DNA of 64,000 nt, from NCBI GenBank assembly GCA_964366415.1, contig CAYITG010000001.1, positions 515,203 through 579,202 on the forward strand. The letters run 5' to 3'. The position numbers and the translations under genes are program-made. The notes beneath the pieces are model-generated. The model saw nothing but the letters and a program-made list of their open reading frames with translations, did no database searches and had not been told where the DNA came from. This document shows, piece after piece, positions 20,046-28,586 of the stretch (the stretch's first letter is position 1; every line of letters begins with the position of its first letter). The stretch is from Candidatus Woesearchaeota archaeon. GTDB lineage: Archaea; Nanobdellota; Nanobdellia; SCGC-AAA011-G17; UBA489.

Positions 20046-20744
20046 ATGCAATTACGTGTGCAAAAGAAGCCTAAGAATCCTATCATCATCGAGGGATTTC
20101 CCGGTTTTGGATTGGTAGGAACTATTGCTACAGAATTCTTGATCAAACATCTTGACGCTGAACCGATTGGACTTATTCGCCTTGATGAAGTTCCTCCCGT
20201 GATCGCTGTACATAAAGGAGAACCTGTTGAACCTTTGGGAATTTTCTATGCAAAGAAACAAAACATCGTTATCTTGCATGCATTAAGCAGTGTTCAAGGA
20301 TATGAATGGGGACTTTCAGAATTATTAGGAAAACTTGCAAAAGATTTGAATGCGAAAGAGGTTATCAGTCTTGAGGGTGTAGGAAGTGAAGTTACCTCTT
20401 CTCAACCACGCGCATTTTTTATGGGAAAGAAGGAAAAACAATTAAAAATGACTGGAGCATCGGCTTTACAAGAAGGCATTATTATGGGAGTCACGGGAGC
20501 CTTGCTCTTACGAAAAGATCTTCCCCTTACCTGTTTCTTTGCCGAAACACATTCTGCTTTACCTGATTCTCGCGCAGCAGCGAAGCTTATCGAAATTCTT
20601 GACAAGTATTTAGGATTAAAAGTCGATTACAAACCTTTACTTGAAAAAGCAGAGAAATTTGAAGCAAAAATAAAAGGCTTATTACAGAAGGCGCAAGGTG
20701 CTACACAAATGGCTGAACAGAAAAAGCAAACCTATATCGGCTGA
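20046..20744 (+). CDS. PAC2-family (proteasome assembly chaperone-like) protein
   Basis: IIIEGFPGFGLVGTIATEFLIKHL... matches the archaeal PAC2 N-terminal signature. Start taken at MQLRV (20046). Confidence 0.5.
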   Translation: MQLRVQKKPKNPIIIEGFPGFGLVGTIATEFLIKHLDAEPIGLIRLDEVPPVIAVHKGEPVEPLGIFYAKKQNIVILHALSSVQGYEWGLSELLGKLAKDLNAKEVISLEGVGSEVTSSQPRAFFMGKKEKQLKMTGASALQEGIIMGVTGALLLRKDLPLTCFFAETHSALPDSRAAAKLIEILDKYLGLKVDYKPLLEKAEKFEAKIKGLLQKAQGATQMAEQKKQTYIG

Positions 20745-21222
20745 GATTATCTTTTTATCTTTATTATTGATTATGTTAGCTGGTTGTAGTAGTTCTGGAT
20801 CTATTAATGACGTTGCAGAGCCGGTTGTTCGCAATGAAGAACTGAGTGCACCTTTGGGTGCTGCTACCGTTATCATTCATGATAAAACCATCGCTGTTGA
20901 ACTTGCAGATACTCCGGAAGAACGGATTCAAGGATTAATGAATCGCGAGTCTTTATGCGCATCTTGCGGTATGTTATTTGTTTTTCAACAAGAAGGAACA
21001 CATGGTTTTTGGATGAAGAATACCTCTATTCCTTTGGATCTTATTTTCATTAACAAAGAAGGCGTTATTGTTGATATTCTTGCAGCAGAACCTTGCAAAG
21101 AAATGAGTTGTCCTACTTATTCTTCTCAAAAACGAGCATTGTATGTTTTAGAAGTGAATAAAGGAATGAGCACACAACATGCATTTGCTGTTGGGCAGAA
21201 AGTAGCTCTTAATCTGAACTAA
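20698..21222 (+). CDS. DUF192-domain lipoprotein
   Basis: Signal peptide with lipobox LLIMLAGC; DUF192-like IAVELADTPEERIQGLM...MLFVF...FWMKNTSIPLDLIFI. Confidence 0.6.
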   Translation: MLHKWLNRKSKPISAEIIFLSLLLIMLAGCSSSGSINDVAEPVVRNEELSAPLGAATVIIHDKTIAVELADTPEERIQGLMNRESLCASCGMLFVFQQEGTHGFWMKNTSIPLDLIFINKEGVIVDILAAEPCKEMSCPTYSSQKRALYVLEVNKGMSTQHAFAVGQKVALNLN

Positions 21223-21227
21223 TGTTC

Positions 21228-22049
21228 CTACAAATTATCTAAAGGGCTTTTTATTTTCTTTAATTGCTCTGTCGACACTTTAGTGTAACGTTGAGTCGTG
21301 CTCAAATCAGCATGTCCAAGCAATTCTTGAATATACCTAATATCTGTTCCTGCTTCCAACAGATGGGTAGCAAAGCTACTGCGCATAGCATGGGCAAAAA
21401 CTCTTTTCCTGATGCCTGCTTTCTTGGCAGTATTGGTGACGATACGCTGCGCCATTCGCACGGAAAGATGATTTTTATGGCCTGGAAACACATAAGGCGA
21501 TTCTTGTTTTCTTTTATCCAGATACTCCTGCAGATTTTTGATTAATGTTTCTGAGAGAATGATGTGGCGGTCTTTTCTTCCCTTCCCAGCAATCACACGC
21601 CCCATTTTTTCCTTAAGATCAAGATCATCAATTTTTATTCTTACGCATTCTGAAACACGCATCCCTGACGCATAAAGAAATTCCAATAACAGACGATGTT
21701 TCTTATTCTTGGCTGCTCCAAGCAATAGTTTCATTTCTTCTTTTGTCAACACTGTTGGCAATTTTTTTTCTATCTTAGGGGGCGTGATATCATCAAAGAT
21801 CTTCTTCTTGAGCACATCTTCATAGAAAAAACGTAATGCAGAGATCGTAAGATTGACTGAAGTGGCCTTACTTTGCTTTTCAGCCATTAAGTATGCAAGA
21901 TATGTTTTTACATCAAGCCCAGTTATAATCTCCGGTTCTTTTTTAATGAATAGTAAAAAATTTTTATTGTGAATGAGATATGCACTCAGTGTTGCTGATG
22001 TGTATCCTCTTATTTTTAATTCTGTTTCAAGAATTTTCAGATCAGTCAT
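21228..22049 (-). CDS. xerA: tyrosine recombinase XerA/XerC-like
   Basis: C-terminal catalytic R..HxxR..Y: HAMRSSFATHLLEAGTDIRYIQELLGHADLSTTQRYTKV. Confidence 0.8.
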   Translation of the reverse strand: MTDLKILETELKIRGYTSATLSAYLIHNKNFLLFIKKEPEIITGLDVKTYLAYLMAEKQSKATSVNLTISALRFFYEDVLKKKIFDDITPPKIEKKLPTVLTKEEMKLLLGAAKNKKHRLLLEFLYASGMRVSECVRIKIDDLDLKEKMGRVIAGKGRKDRHIILSETLIKNLQEYLDKRKQESPYVFPGHKNHLSVRMAQRIVTNTAKKAGIRKRVFAHAMRSSFATHLLEAGTDIRYIQELLGHADLSTTQRYTKVSTEQLKKIKSPLDNL

Positions 22050-22085
22050 TCTTTATTGCAGTAACAACATTCTTTATAAACTCTG

Positions 22086-23876
22086 TTGTCCTTTTGTCTT
22101 TTCATGATAGAGGTGAAGAAACAGCAACTTCAATTTTTGAATATTTTGCGTCTTATTGTCAAAAGTCTTTTTTCGCAGTATAAATGGCGATTTATTGGTG
22201 TTCTTTTTGTTGCTGCATTGGCAGGAGGATTACAAACATTAACGCCTAAGATTCTTCAGCAGATTATCGATTTACTTCTGGCTGGAACAAAGACTTTATC
22301 GGAGTTCTGGTGGTTATTGCCCATCTATCTCTTTGTATATCTTGGAGCGGCGTATTTTGATTTCATATCGGGAAGGATTGTGTATTACCTAGCAATGAAA
22401 ATTGAAGATTATTGGAGATTTCGAGCGTTGCACCACTACTTCCAATTGCCGTTATCCTGGCATGATCAGCATGAATCTGGAGAGATCGGATCTCGTATCG
22501 ACAGGGCCGGATCAGCGATATTTTCTATTATTGCAGAACTCTTTGGCCACAACATTATTGTTTCTTTATTTACTCTTTTATTCATTCTCATTTTCACGTT
22601 TACGCAAGCGCCTCTTGTTGGTTTGATCTTTTTACTACCCTTGCCCTTGTATGGGCTTGTGACTTATGTTTTATCCATGAGAATTGCCAAAGGACAAGTA
22701 AAACTAAACAAATTAGCAGATCGTGCACAACGCACACTTTTTGATGCTACTGGAAATATACGCACAGTCAAATCTTTTGGAAAAGAACAGGAAGAAGTTG
22801 CCCTTTATGCAAGGCGATGGACTTCATATCATGACTCTGATTACGAAGTTGAACGCTTATGGTTGCGACAGTCTATTTTCCAAACGACCATTGAAGCGAT
22901 TTCGCGTGTCTTGCTTCTCGCCTATTGTGTGTATTCTTTTGTTAAGGGAACATTGAGTGTGGGACAGATTGTGATGTTCTTAAGTTATCAACAGTTGTCT
23001 TTCTCACCTTTAGCCTTGCTTACATATATCTTCACACGCGTACGACGTTTGGTGAAACGAGCAAGTCAACTCTTCAAGATTGCAGCTGAACCGGATCCTA
23101 TGGCGGATATTGAAGATGCAGTTACACTGCCTGTTCTGCGCGAGGGCATTACCTTTAATCATGTAACGTTCAGGTATCATGGAAAAGTGCACGCACTGAA
23201 AGATCTTACCTTCTCTCTGAACAAGGGAAAAACTGTTGCTCTTGTAGGGCGCAGTGGAGCTGGGAAGAGTACGATTGCAGTTTTAGCGCTGCGTTTCTAT
23301 GATCCTGATGAAGGTGCTATTTTATGGGACGGTATTGACATTAAGAAAGCCACACGAAAGTCATTACGTGAAAGAATTTCTTATATCCCTCAAGATTCTG
23401 TCCTCTTTAACCGCAGTATTTATGACAATATTGCCTATGGCACGAAACATGCAACAAAGGAGAAGGTGATACGAGCTGCGAAGATGGCACATGCTCACGA
23501 TTTTATTTTGAAAACACCCCAAGGATATGCGTCCGTTGTTGGAGAACGCGGCGTTAAATTGTCTGGAGGACAACGACAACGTATTGCCATTGCGCGGGCT
23601 TTACTTGCACAACCTAGTCTCCTTATCATGGATGAATCTACCAGTCATTTAGACAGTGAAACTGAAAGCGCGATCCAAGATTCTATTCGTTATCTTCATG
23701 GAAAAACTACGCAGCTTATTATTGCGCATCGATTATCAACGATCTTACATGCAGACCTAATTCTTGTTGTAGACCAAGGAAAGATTGTGGCTGCTGGAAC
23801 ACACCAACAACTGTTAAGGAACCCTATTTATAAGAAATTATACAATCTTCAGTTCAAGCGAGAGAAACCCTTATAA
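22086..23876 (+). CDS. ABC exporter, fused TMD-NBD (MsbA-like)
   Basis: 6 TM; Walker A GRSGAGKST; signature LSGGQRQRIAIARA; Walker B LLIMDE. Confidence 0.8.
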   Translation: MSFCLFMIEVKKQQLQFLNILRLIVKSLFSQYKWRFIGVLFVAALAGGLQTLTPKILQQIIDLLLAGTKTLSEFWWLLPIYLFVYLGAAYFDFISGRIVYYLAMKIEDYWRFRALHHYFQLPLSWHDQHESGEIGSRIDRAGSAIFSIIAELFGHNIIVSLFTLLFILIFTFTQAPLVGLIFLLPLPLYGLVTYVLSMRIAKGQVKLNKLADRAQRTLFDATGNIRTVKSFGKEQEEVALYARRWTSYHDSDYEVERLWLRQSIFQTTIEAISRVLLLAYCVYSFVKGTLSVGQIVMFLSYQQLSFSPLALLTYIFTRVRRLVKRASQLFKIAAEPDPMADIEDAVTLPVLREGITFNHVTFRYHGKVHALKDLTFSLNKGKTVALVGRSGAGKSTIAVLALRFYDPDEGAILWDGIDIKKATRKSLRERISYIPQDSVLFNRSIYDNIAYGTKHATKEKVIRAAKMAHAHDFILKTPQGYASVVGERGVKLSGGQRQRIAIARALLAQPSLLIMDESTSHLDSETESAIQDSIRYLHGKTTQLIIAHRLSTILHADLILVVDQGKIVAAGTHQQLLRNPIYKKLYNLQFKREKPL

Positions 23877-23900
23877 AGATTATAGTCCTTTTCTTCTTTT

Positions 23901-24482
23901 ATGATATCAAAACAACAGACTGTTCAGCTGATTACGAAAGACATGACTATTGGAAATGTCTTTGAACAGTATCCTCAGAAAGCTGCGCAACTTGCAGAGG
24001 TCATGACTGCACATGGCTTGCATTGTGTTGGATGTCATGTCAATGTGTTTGAGACGATTGAACAAGGCATTTTAGGGCATGATATGGATACAAAACAATT
24101 AGATTCTTTATTGAAAGGCATGAATGAGGTATTAATGAGAAAAGAAGAACCCATTACTGGAGGCATACGATTAACTCCTGCTGCCGTTGAGAAGGTAAAG
24201 GAACTGCAAAAGAAAGAAAAGAAACACGATATGGGATTGCGTGTTGCTGTAGAAGCAGGCGGATGCGCAGGGTTTAGCTATGCTTTGTATTTTGATAAAG
24301 CCATGAAAGGCGATACTGTTATCAAACAAGCGGGAATCCAGGTTTATATTCAACCAGACGCAGCTCAGAAATTACAAGGAAGTGAAATTGATTACGTTGA
24401 TGGATTACAAGGCGCTGGCTTTAAATTCAATAACCCTAATGCGAAGAAAGCATGCGGATGCGGACATTCTGCTGGATTTTAA
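23901..24482 (+). CDS. DUF1858 domain fused to IscA/HesB-type Fe-S cluster carrier
   Basis: N-terminal TIGNVFEQYPQ...GLHCVGCHV (DUF1858-like); C-terminal LRVAVEAGGCAGFSY...CGCGHSAGF (IscA/ErpA signature). Confidence 0.7.
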   Translation: MISKQQTVQLITKDMTIGNVFEQYPQKAAQLAEVMTAHGLHCVGCHVNVFETIEQGILGHDMDTKQLDSLLKGMNEVLMRKEEPITGGIRLTPAAVEKVKELQKKEKKHDMGLRVAVEAGGCAGFSYALYFDKAMKGDTVIKQAGIQVYIQPDAAQKLQGSEIDYVDGLQGAGFKFNNPNAKKACGCGHSAGF

Positions 24483-25623
24483 AGAGAATATTGCAATAAG
24501 AGGTGTTGCCTTTTCATACTTTTAATATATGAATTGACTTCTGCTGTTGATATCTCCTCTGGAAATTTTGTTTTTAACATTTTAAGTATTTTAACTCTTA
24601 GTCTATACGTATTTGCATGCTTCATATGCGCACATGTTCCTTGCATACTCTCATACACTTGGTCGTATGTTAGATCTTTATCTGCATATTTCTGATAAAG
24701 TTTGTGTACTCTCCTTTGCACATTTCTTCTGTTAAATCTCTTTAGTAATTTATAATGATAAAATATTTTTATGCCTAGAAATGCTATAGGTTTTCCTAGG
24801 GATATGATTTTAGATTTTCCAGCGTGCAATTCTATCTTTAGTCTTTCTTTCAGGAAAATATTAATCCTTTCTTTCCATTCTTGCAATTGACTTCTTGAAG
24901 AATGAAGAACAGTGAAATCATCAACGTATCGTATGTAATATTTTGCTCTTAGTTCATGCTTGATGAATTGGTCCAATTCATTTAAGTAGATATTCGCAAA
25001 AAATTGAGAGGTAAGATTTCCCAAAGGCATACCTGTCTTGACATTGCCCCCCCCCCTTCGTAATTCGAAAGAATTTTTCTTACAAGCCAAATTGTTTTAT
25101 AGCATCGTATTTTCTTTTTTAGGATTTCAAGAAGGATGTGGTGATTGACTGTTTCGAAATAGTGCCTGATATCGGCCTTTAGACAATAACCTTTCACTTG
25201 ATTGTTGGTAAACCAACCATTTATTTTACCATTTCTTGAGATTTTTCTTTTGAATTGGTCATATCGTTTGAGTGCTGCCAGTGTTCCCTTTCCTTTTCTG
25301 TTTGCATAAGAATCATAGATGAATGATTTTTCGTAGATTGGTTCTAGGACTTGACAGAGGGCATGATGGACAACCCTATCCCGAAAGTCTGATTTGCTGA
25401 TTTTTCTTGTCTTTGGATCTCTGATAACGAATGTCTTGAGGGGTTTTGGTCGGTATGCGTGAAACAAGAGTTCCGTTCTTAGAGAAGAAATGTTTTCTTC
25501 AAGGTTTTGTTCAAATTCTTTTACATACTCTTTTTTTGTTTTTCCTTTTCTAGCATTTCTATATGCTCTGTATAAATTTTCTTCTGAAATTATTTCTTGG
25601 TAAAGATTTTTGTATGTTTTCAT
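24479..25623 (-). CDS. DGR reverse transcriptase, frame broken at a G10 homopolymer (fragments 24982..25623 and 24479..25090)
   Basis: RT motifs LYRAYRNARKGK (domain 0), VIRDPKTRKISKSDFRDRVVHHAL, DIRHYFETVNHHIL, GMPLGNLTSQFFANIYLNELD (DGR-type I/LGxxxSQ motif 4), YIRYVDDFTV (motif 5). The frame shifts at C10 on plus (25047..25056). The ORF-track N-terminal extension to 25701 is a translation of the TR. Confidence 0.75.
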
Positions 25624-25651
25624 ATGGTCTGTCTTAGTTTCTAGGGCTATT

Positions 25652-25738
25652 CCAAAAGCATAACCGTTGTTGTTGCCATGGTTGTTACCATTGACATTCA
25701 ACCTGTGATCGTCATTCCAATTGGAATTAAGAGCCGAG
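25652..25738 (-). repeat. DGR template repeat (TR)
   Basis: ~87 nt that match the target 3' end (25964..26056) except at coding-strand adenines; lies 29 nt upstream of the RT start. Confidence 0.8.
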
Positions 25739-25933
25739 GGCAGTTATGTAGCTCGTTCATTATATGTAAACCACCACCATTTCATTGTTCAGAACATGCT
25801 TACTAAATGTTATGGTTGTATTATATGGCATTGCTGCACTATGAACGAACATGTAGCCCTAGCAGAGCTAGCAGATTACTAACCCCTCTAAGACAGTATA
25901 AAGAAAAAAAAGAATTGCTTAAAAATTTTGCGA

Positions 25934-25946
25934 CTGGCTATGCCAG
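25934..25946 (-). other. hairpin (CTGGC-tat-GCCAG) just 3' of the VR and target stop
   Basis: Perfect 5-bp stem with 3-nt loop, 5 nt after the stop codon and 18 nt after the end of VR homology. Confidence 0.4.
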
Positions 25947-25950
25947 TTGT

Positions 25951-26631
25951 TTACGGACGTACCCCAAAAGCACAACCGCCGTCGTCGCTGCTGCCATGGA
26001 CGTAACCACTGACACTCAACCTGCGACCGTCACTCCAATAGGAATAAAGAGCCGAGACTCTCGTGGTTGGTTCATCAGTTGATCTGAGACTCCACAGATA
26101 AGGTTTCTTTCCATGTTTATCGGCTATTTCTGCTAACTGTTCTGCACCTTCTTGTCCGACAAGCGCTTGAACATACACATTCTTTGCTAATTCTAAAGAC
26201 GACATAGATTCTGTTTTGAAGCCGAAGGGAACAAAACGAACTGTAGGATCATTGGATTCTAGCTTTTTGACAAGATCTGATTGTTCCATGAAAGGCATGC
26301 CATTTCTGATGGCAGGATGATCTTGAATATAGGCTCCTTTGTTGGGAACATATAATGTTCCTGTAAAGCCCCATAACCAGTTGCTTTTCATGAATTTCTG
26401 TATTTCTGTGCTGTATTTGTCATCGGAATAGAAAGCAGCATGGACTAAAGAAACTGTTTGTGCTAAAGTGGGAGTTGTTAATCCTGCTTGTTCGATGGAT
26501 GATTTAACATTGACATATGTATTGGGACCATACTGGGGATGGATGAAGGTTAATTCTTTACCTTGATGAGGAACTGTAAGCTCTGTACGTCCTTCTTTGA
26601 CTTGTAATCCTTTATTTTGTATTGTGTTCAT
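25951..26631 (-). CDS. DGR target (variable) protein; C-terminal VR region likely CLec-like ligand-binding fold
   Basis: C-terminus ...SALYSYWSDGRRLSVSGYVHGSSDDGGCAFGVRP is encoded by the VR. The TR encodes the Asn-rich NSNWNDDHRLNVNGNNHGNNNGYAFG. SD GGAG 8 nt upstream of the ATG. Confidence 0.7.
   Translation of the reverse strand: MNTIQNKGLQVKEGRTELTVPHQGKELTFIHPQYGPNTYVNVKSSIEQAGLTTPTLAQTVSLVHAAFYSDDKYSTEIQKFMKSNWLWGFTGTLYVPNKGAYIQDHPAIRNGMPFMEQSDLVKKLESNDPTVRFVPFGFKTESMSSLELAKNVYVQALVGQEGAEQLAEIADKHGKKPYLWSLRSTDEPTTRVSALYSYWSDGRRLSVSGYVHGSSDDGGCAFGVRP
25964..26056 (-). repeat. DGR variable repeat (VR) at the 3' end of the target gene
   Basis: Aligns to the TR with ~15 substitutions, all at TR A positions (plus-strand T>C or T>A), plus a 6-nt indel in the (CAA)n / CAGCAGCGACGACGGCGG tract. 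Confidence 0.8.
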
Positions 26632-26775
26632 TGTTGATCTCCTTTTGATATTATGATTATGATGTTGTTATTAAGATTAAACTCCTATTTAAATCTTTCT
26701 ATTTGTAACCATTTAATAGTAGTTATAACTTCTTAAGCTAAATGTTTATAAACTTAACCATAGTTAAGGTTTTCT

Positions 26776-27186
26776 ATGTCCCACCGGTTATTGCTACACC
26801 CACAGGAAATTGAAGTCTTTTACATACTTCCTGCTTTGCGAAGGCAGCTAGTTATATTCATGAAAGAACGTGGTTTGAAACAAAGAGATATTGCCCGATT
26901 ACTTGAGATTAATGAAGCTGCTATTAGTCAGTATCTTAGCGGCAAGCGAGGGCATCAGATTGATTTTGGAGGGAAGATTCTTGACGAGATTCAACACTCT
27001 GCGCAGCGCATTACTAACCAAGGAACATTCTTGATGGAAATGCAACGCTTGTTGAAAGTTATTCGCGAATCAAAAGTGCTTTGCCAGATTCACCGTCAAT
27101 TTTCGACTGTCCCTAGTGAATGTGATCCATTTGCAACAGGATGCATTGAGAAGGAGGATTTAGTACATGTCACCGCAAAAAACTGA
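26776..27186 (+). CDS. XRE-family HTH regulator with C-terminal Cys-containing domain (putative suf regulator)
   Basis: HTH LKQRDIARLLEINEAAISQYLSGKRG; TATA TTTATAAA ~25 nt upstream of the ATG; overlaps the sufB start. Confidence 0.55.
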   Translation: MSHRLLLHPQEIEVFYILPALRRQLVIFMKERGLKQRDIARLLEINEAAISQYLSGKRGHQIDFGGKILDEIQHSAQRITNQGTFLMEMQRLLKVIRESKVLCQIHRQFSTVPSECDPFATGCIEKEDLVHVTAKN

Positions 27187-28573
27187 TTTTGTCATGGATC
27201 GATCGAAGTATGATGAGGCAAATCCTGATAGATCGGTCTATGTTGCAAAGCCTGGATTGACACGAGAGCTCGTTATTGAAATTTCAAAACTAAAGAATGA
27301 ACCTGATTGGATGCTGCAAAAAAGGTTACAGGCGTTTGCATACTTTGAGAAGACATCATTGCCAACATGGGGGCCAGACTTAGGAAAACTGGATTTAGAC
27401 TCCATTACATACTTTGTAAAGCCTAACGCAAAGGAATCGACATCATGGGATGATGTGCCGGAGGAAATCAGGAGAACTGCTGAGAGAATTGGTATCCCTG
27501 AAGCCGAAAGAAATTCTTTAGGCGGAGCTGGTTATCAATATGATTCTAGTGTTGTTTATCACAACATCAAAAAAGATCTTGAAGAGAAAGGAGTGATCTT
27601 TGAAAATATGGATGTTGCTGTGCAGAAATATCCTGAGATGGTAAAAAAATATTTTATGACAAAATGCATTCCTATCAATGATCATAAGTTTATCATGTTA
27701 CATGGAGCAGTATGGAGTGGTGGAACGTTTATTTACATTCCTCCTGGCGTTAAAGTTGATTTGCCGTTACAAGCTTATTTCAGAATGAATGCGCAAAGTG
27801 GCGGGCAATTTGAACATACATTGATTATTGCAGACAAGGGGAGCGAAGTGAATTACATTGAAGGATGCTCAGCACCACGGTTTGAGAGAAGTGCTTTGCA
27901 TGCCGGATGTGTAGAATTGTTTGTACTTGAAGGAGCAAAGATTCGTTACATGAGCATTGAAAATTGGAGCAAGAACACTTATAATTTAAATACAAAAAGG
28001 GCGATTGTTGAAAAGAACGGACGTGTTGAATGGTTAAATGGCAATATGGGATCAGGCACAACGATGCTCTATCCGTGCAGCGTTCTTGTTGGTGAAGGAG
28101 CAAGTTCTGATAGTTTAGGTATTGCCTTTGCGGGCGCAGGACAGAACCAAGACACAGGATCAAAAGTCATTCATGCCGCGCCTTATACAAGTTCTGTTAT
28201 TCGCGCCAAGAGTATTAGCAAAAGCGGAGGCGTGTCAACCTATCGCGGACTTGTTAAGGTTATTAAAAAAGCAAAACATACCAAAAGCAGCATTACTTGT
28301 GATGCGTTGCTTATTGATGCACAATCACTTTCTAATACCTATCCTTTTATGAAAATTGATACCAATAAAGTGGATATTGCGCATGAAGCCACTGTTGGAA
28401 AGATTGGAGAAGAAGAGATTTATTATCTCATGTCGAGAGGATTAACAAAAGAACAAGCAACACAGATGGTTGTGAATGGATTTATTGCACCTGTCATCAA
28501 AGGGTTGCCTTTAGAGTATGCAGTTGAGCTCAATAAACTTATTGAGTTAGAAATGGAAGGAAGTGTAGGATAG
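27167..28573 (+). CDS. sufB: Fe-S cluster assembly protein SufB
   Basis: 468-aa SufB/SufD-fold beta-helix with conserved C-terminal region. Confidence 0.9.
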   Translation: MSPQKTDFVMDRSKYDEANPDRSVYVAKPGLTRELVIEISKLKNEPDWMLQKRLQAFAYFEKTSLPTWGPDLGKLDLDSITYFVKPNAKESTSWDDVPEEIRRTAERIGIPEAERNSLGGAGYQYDSSVVYHNIKKDLEEKGVIFENMDVAVQKYPEMVKKYFMTKCIPINDHKFIMLHGAVWSGGTFIYIPPGVKVDLPLQAYFRMNAQSGGQFEHTLIIADKGSEVNYIEGCSAPRFERSALHAGCVELFVLEGAKIRYMSIENWSKNTYNLNTKRAIVEKNGRVEWLNGNMGSGTTMLYPCSVLVGEGASSDSLGIAFAGAGQNQDTGSKVIHAAPYTSSVIRAKSISKSGGVSTYRGLVKVIKKAKHTKSSITCDALLIDAQSLSNTYPFMKIDTNKVDIAHEATVGKIGEEEIYYLMSRGLTKEQATQMVVNGFIAPVIKGLPLEYAVELNKLIELEMEGSVG

Positions 28574-28586
28574 GTGACATATTTGT

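Noticed and set aside
21228-23876. XerA-like integrase as marker of an integrated mobile element
   Set aside because: No flanking direct repeats, att-like tRNA fragment, or phage/plasmid genes were seen. The neighbours are housekeeping genes, so it is most simply the chromosomal Xer recombinase.
25624-25701. N-terminal extension of ORF 24982..25701 (MNVNGNNHGNNNGYAFG...)
   Set aside because: This is a translation of the DGR template repeat, not protein-coding. The RT most likely starts at MKTYKNLYQE (25623), downstream of the TR.
25807-26082. Plus-strand ORF 25807..26082
   Set aside because: Lies antisense to the target-gene 3' end and VR. It is an artefact of the repeat sequence.
24479-26100. 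Possibility that the RT is a group II intron maturase or a retron
   Set aside because: No room exists for intron domains V/VI downstream, because the convergent IscA-like gene abuts the RT stop. Motif 4 is the DGR-type LGNLTSQ. A TR/VR pair with A-specific mismatches is present.
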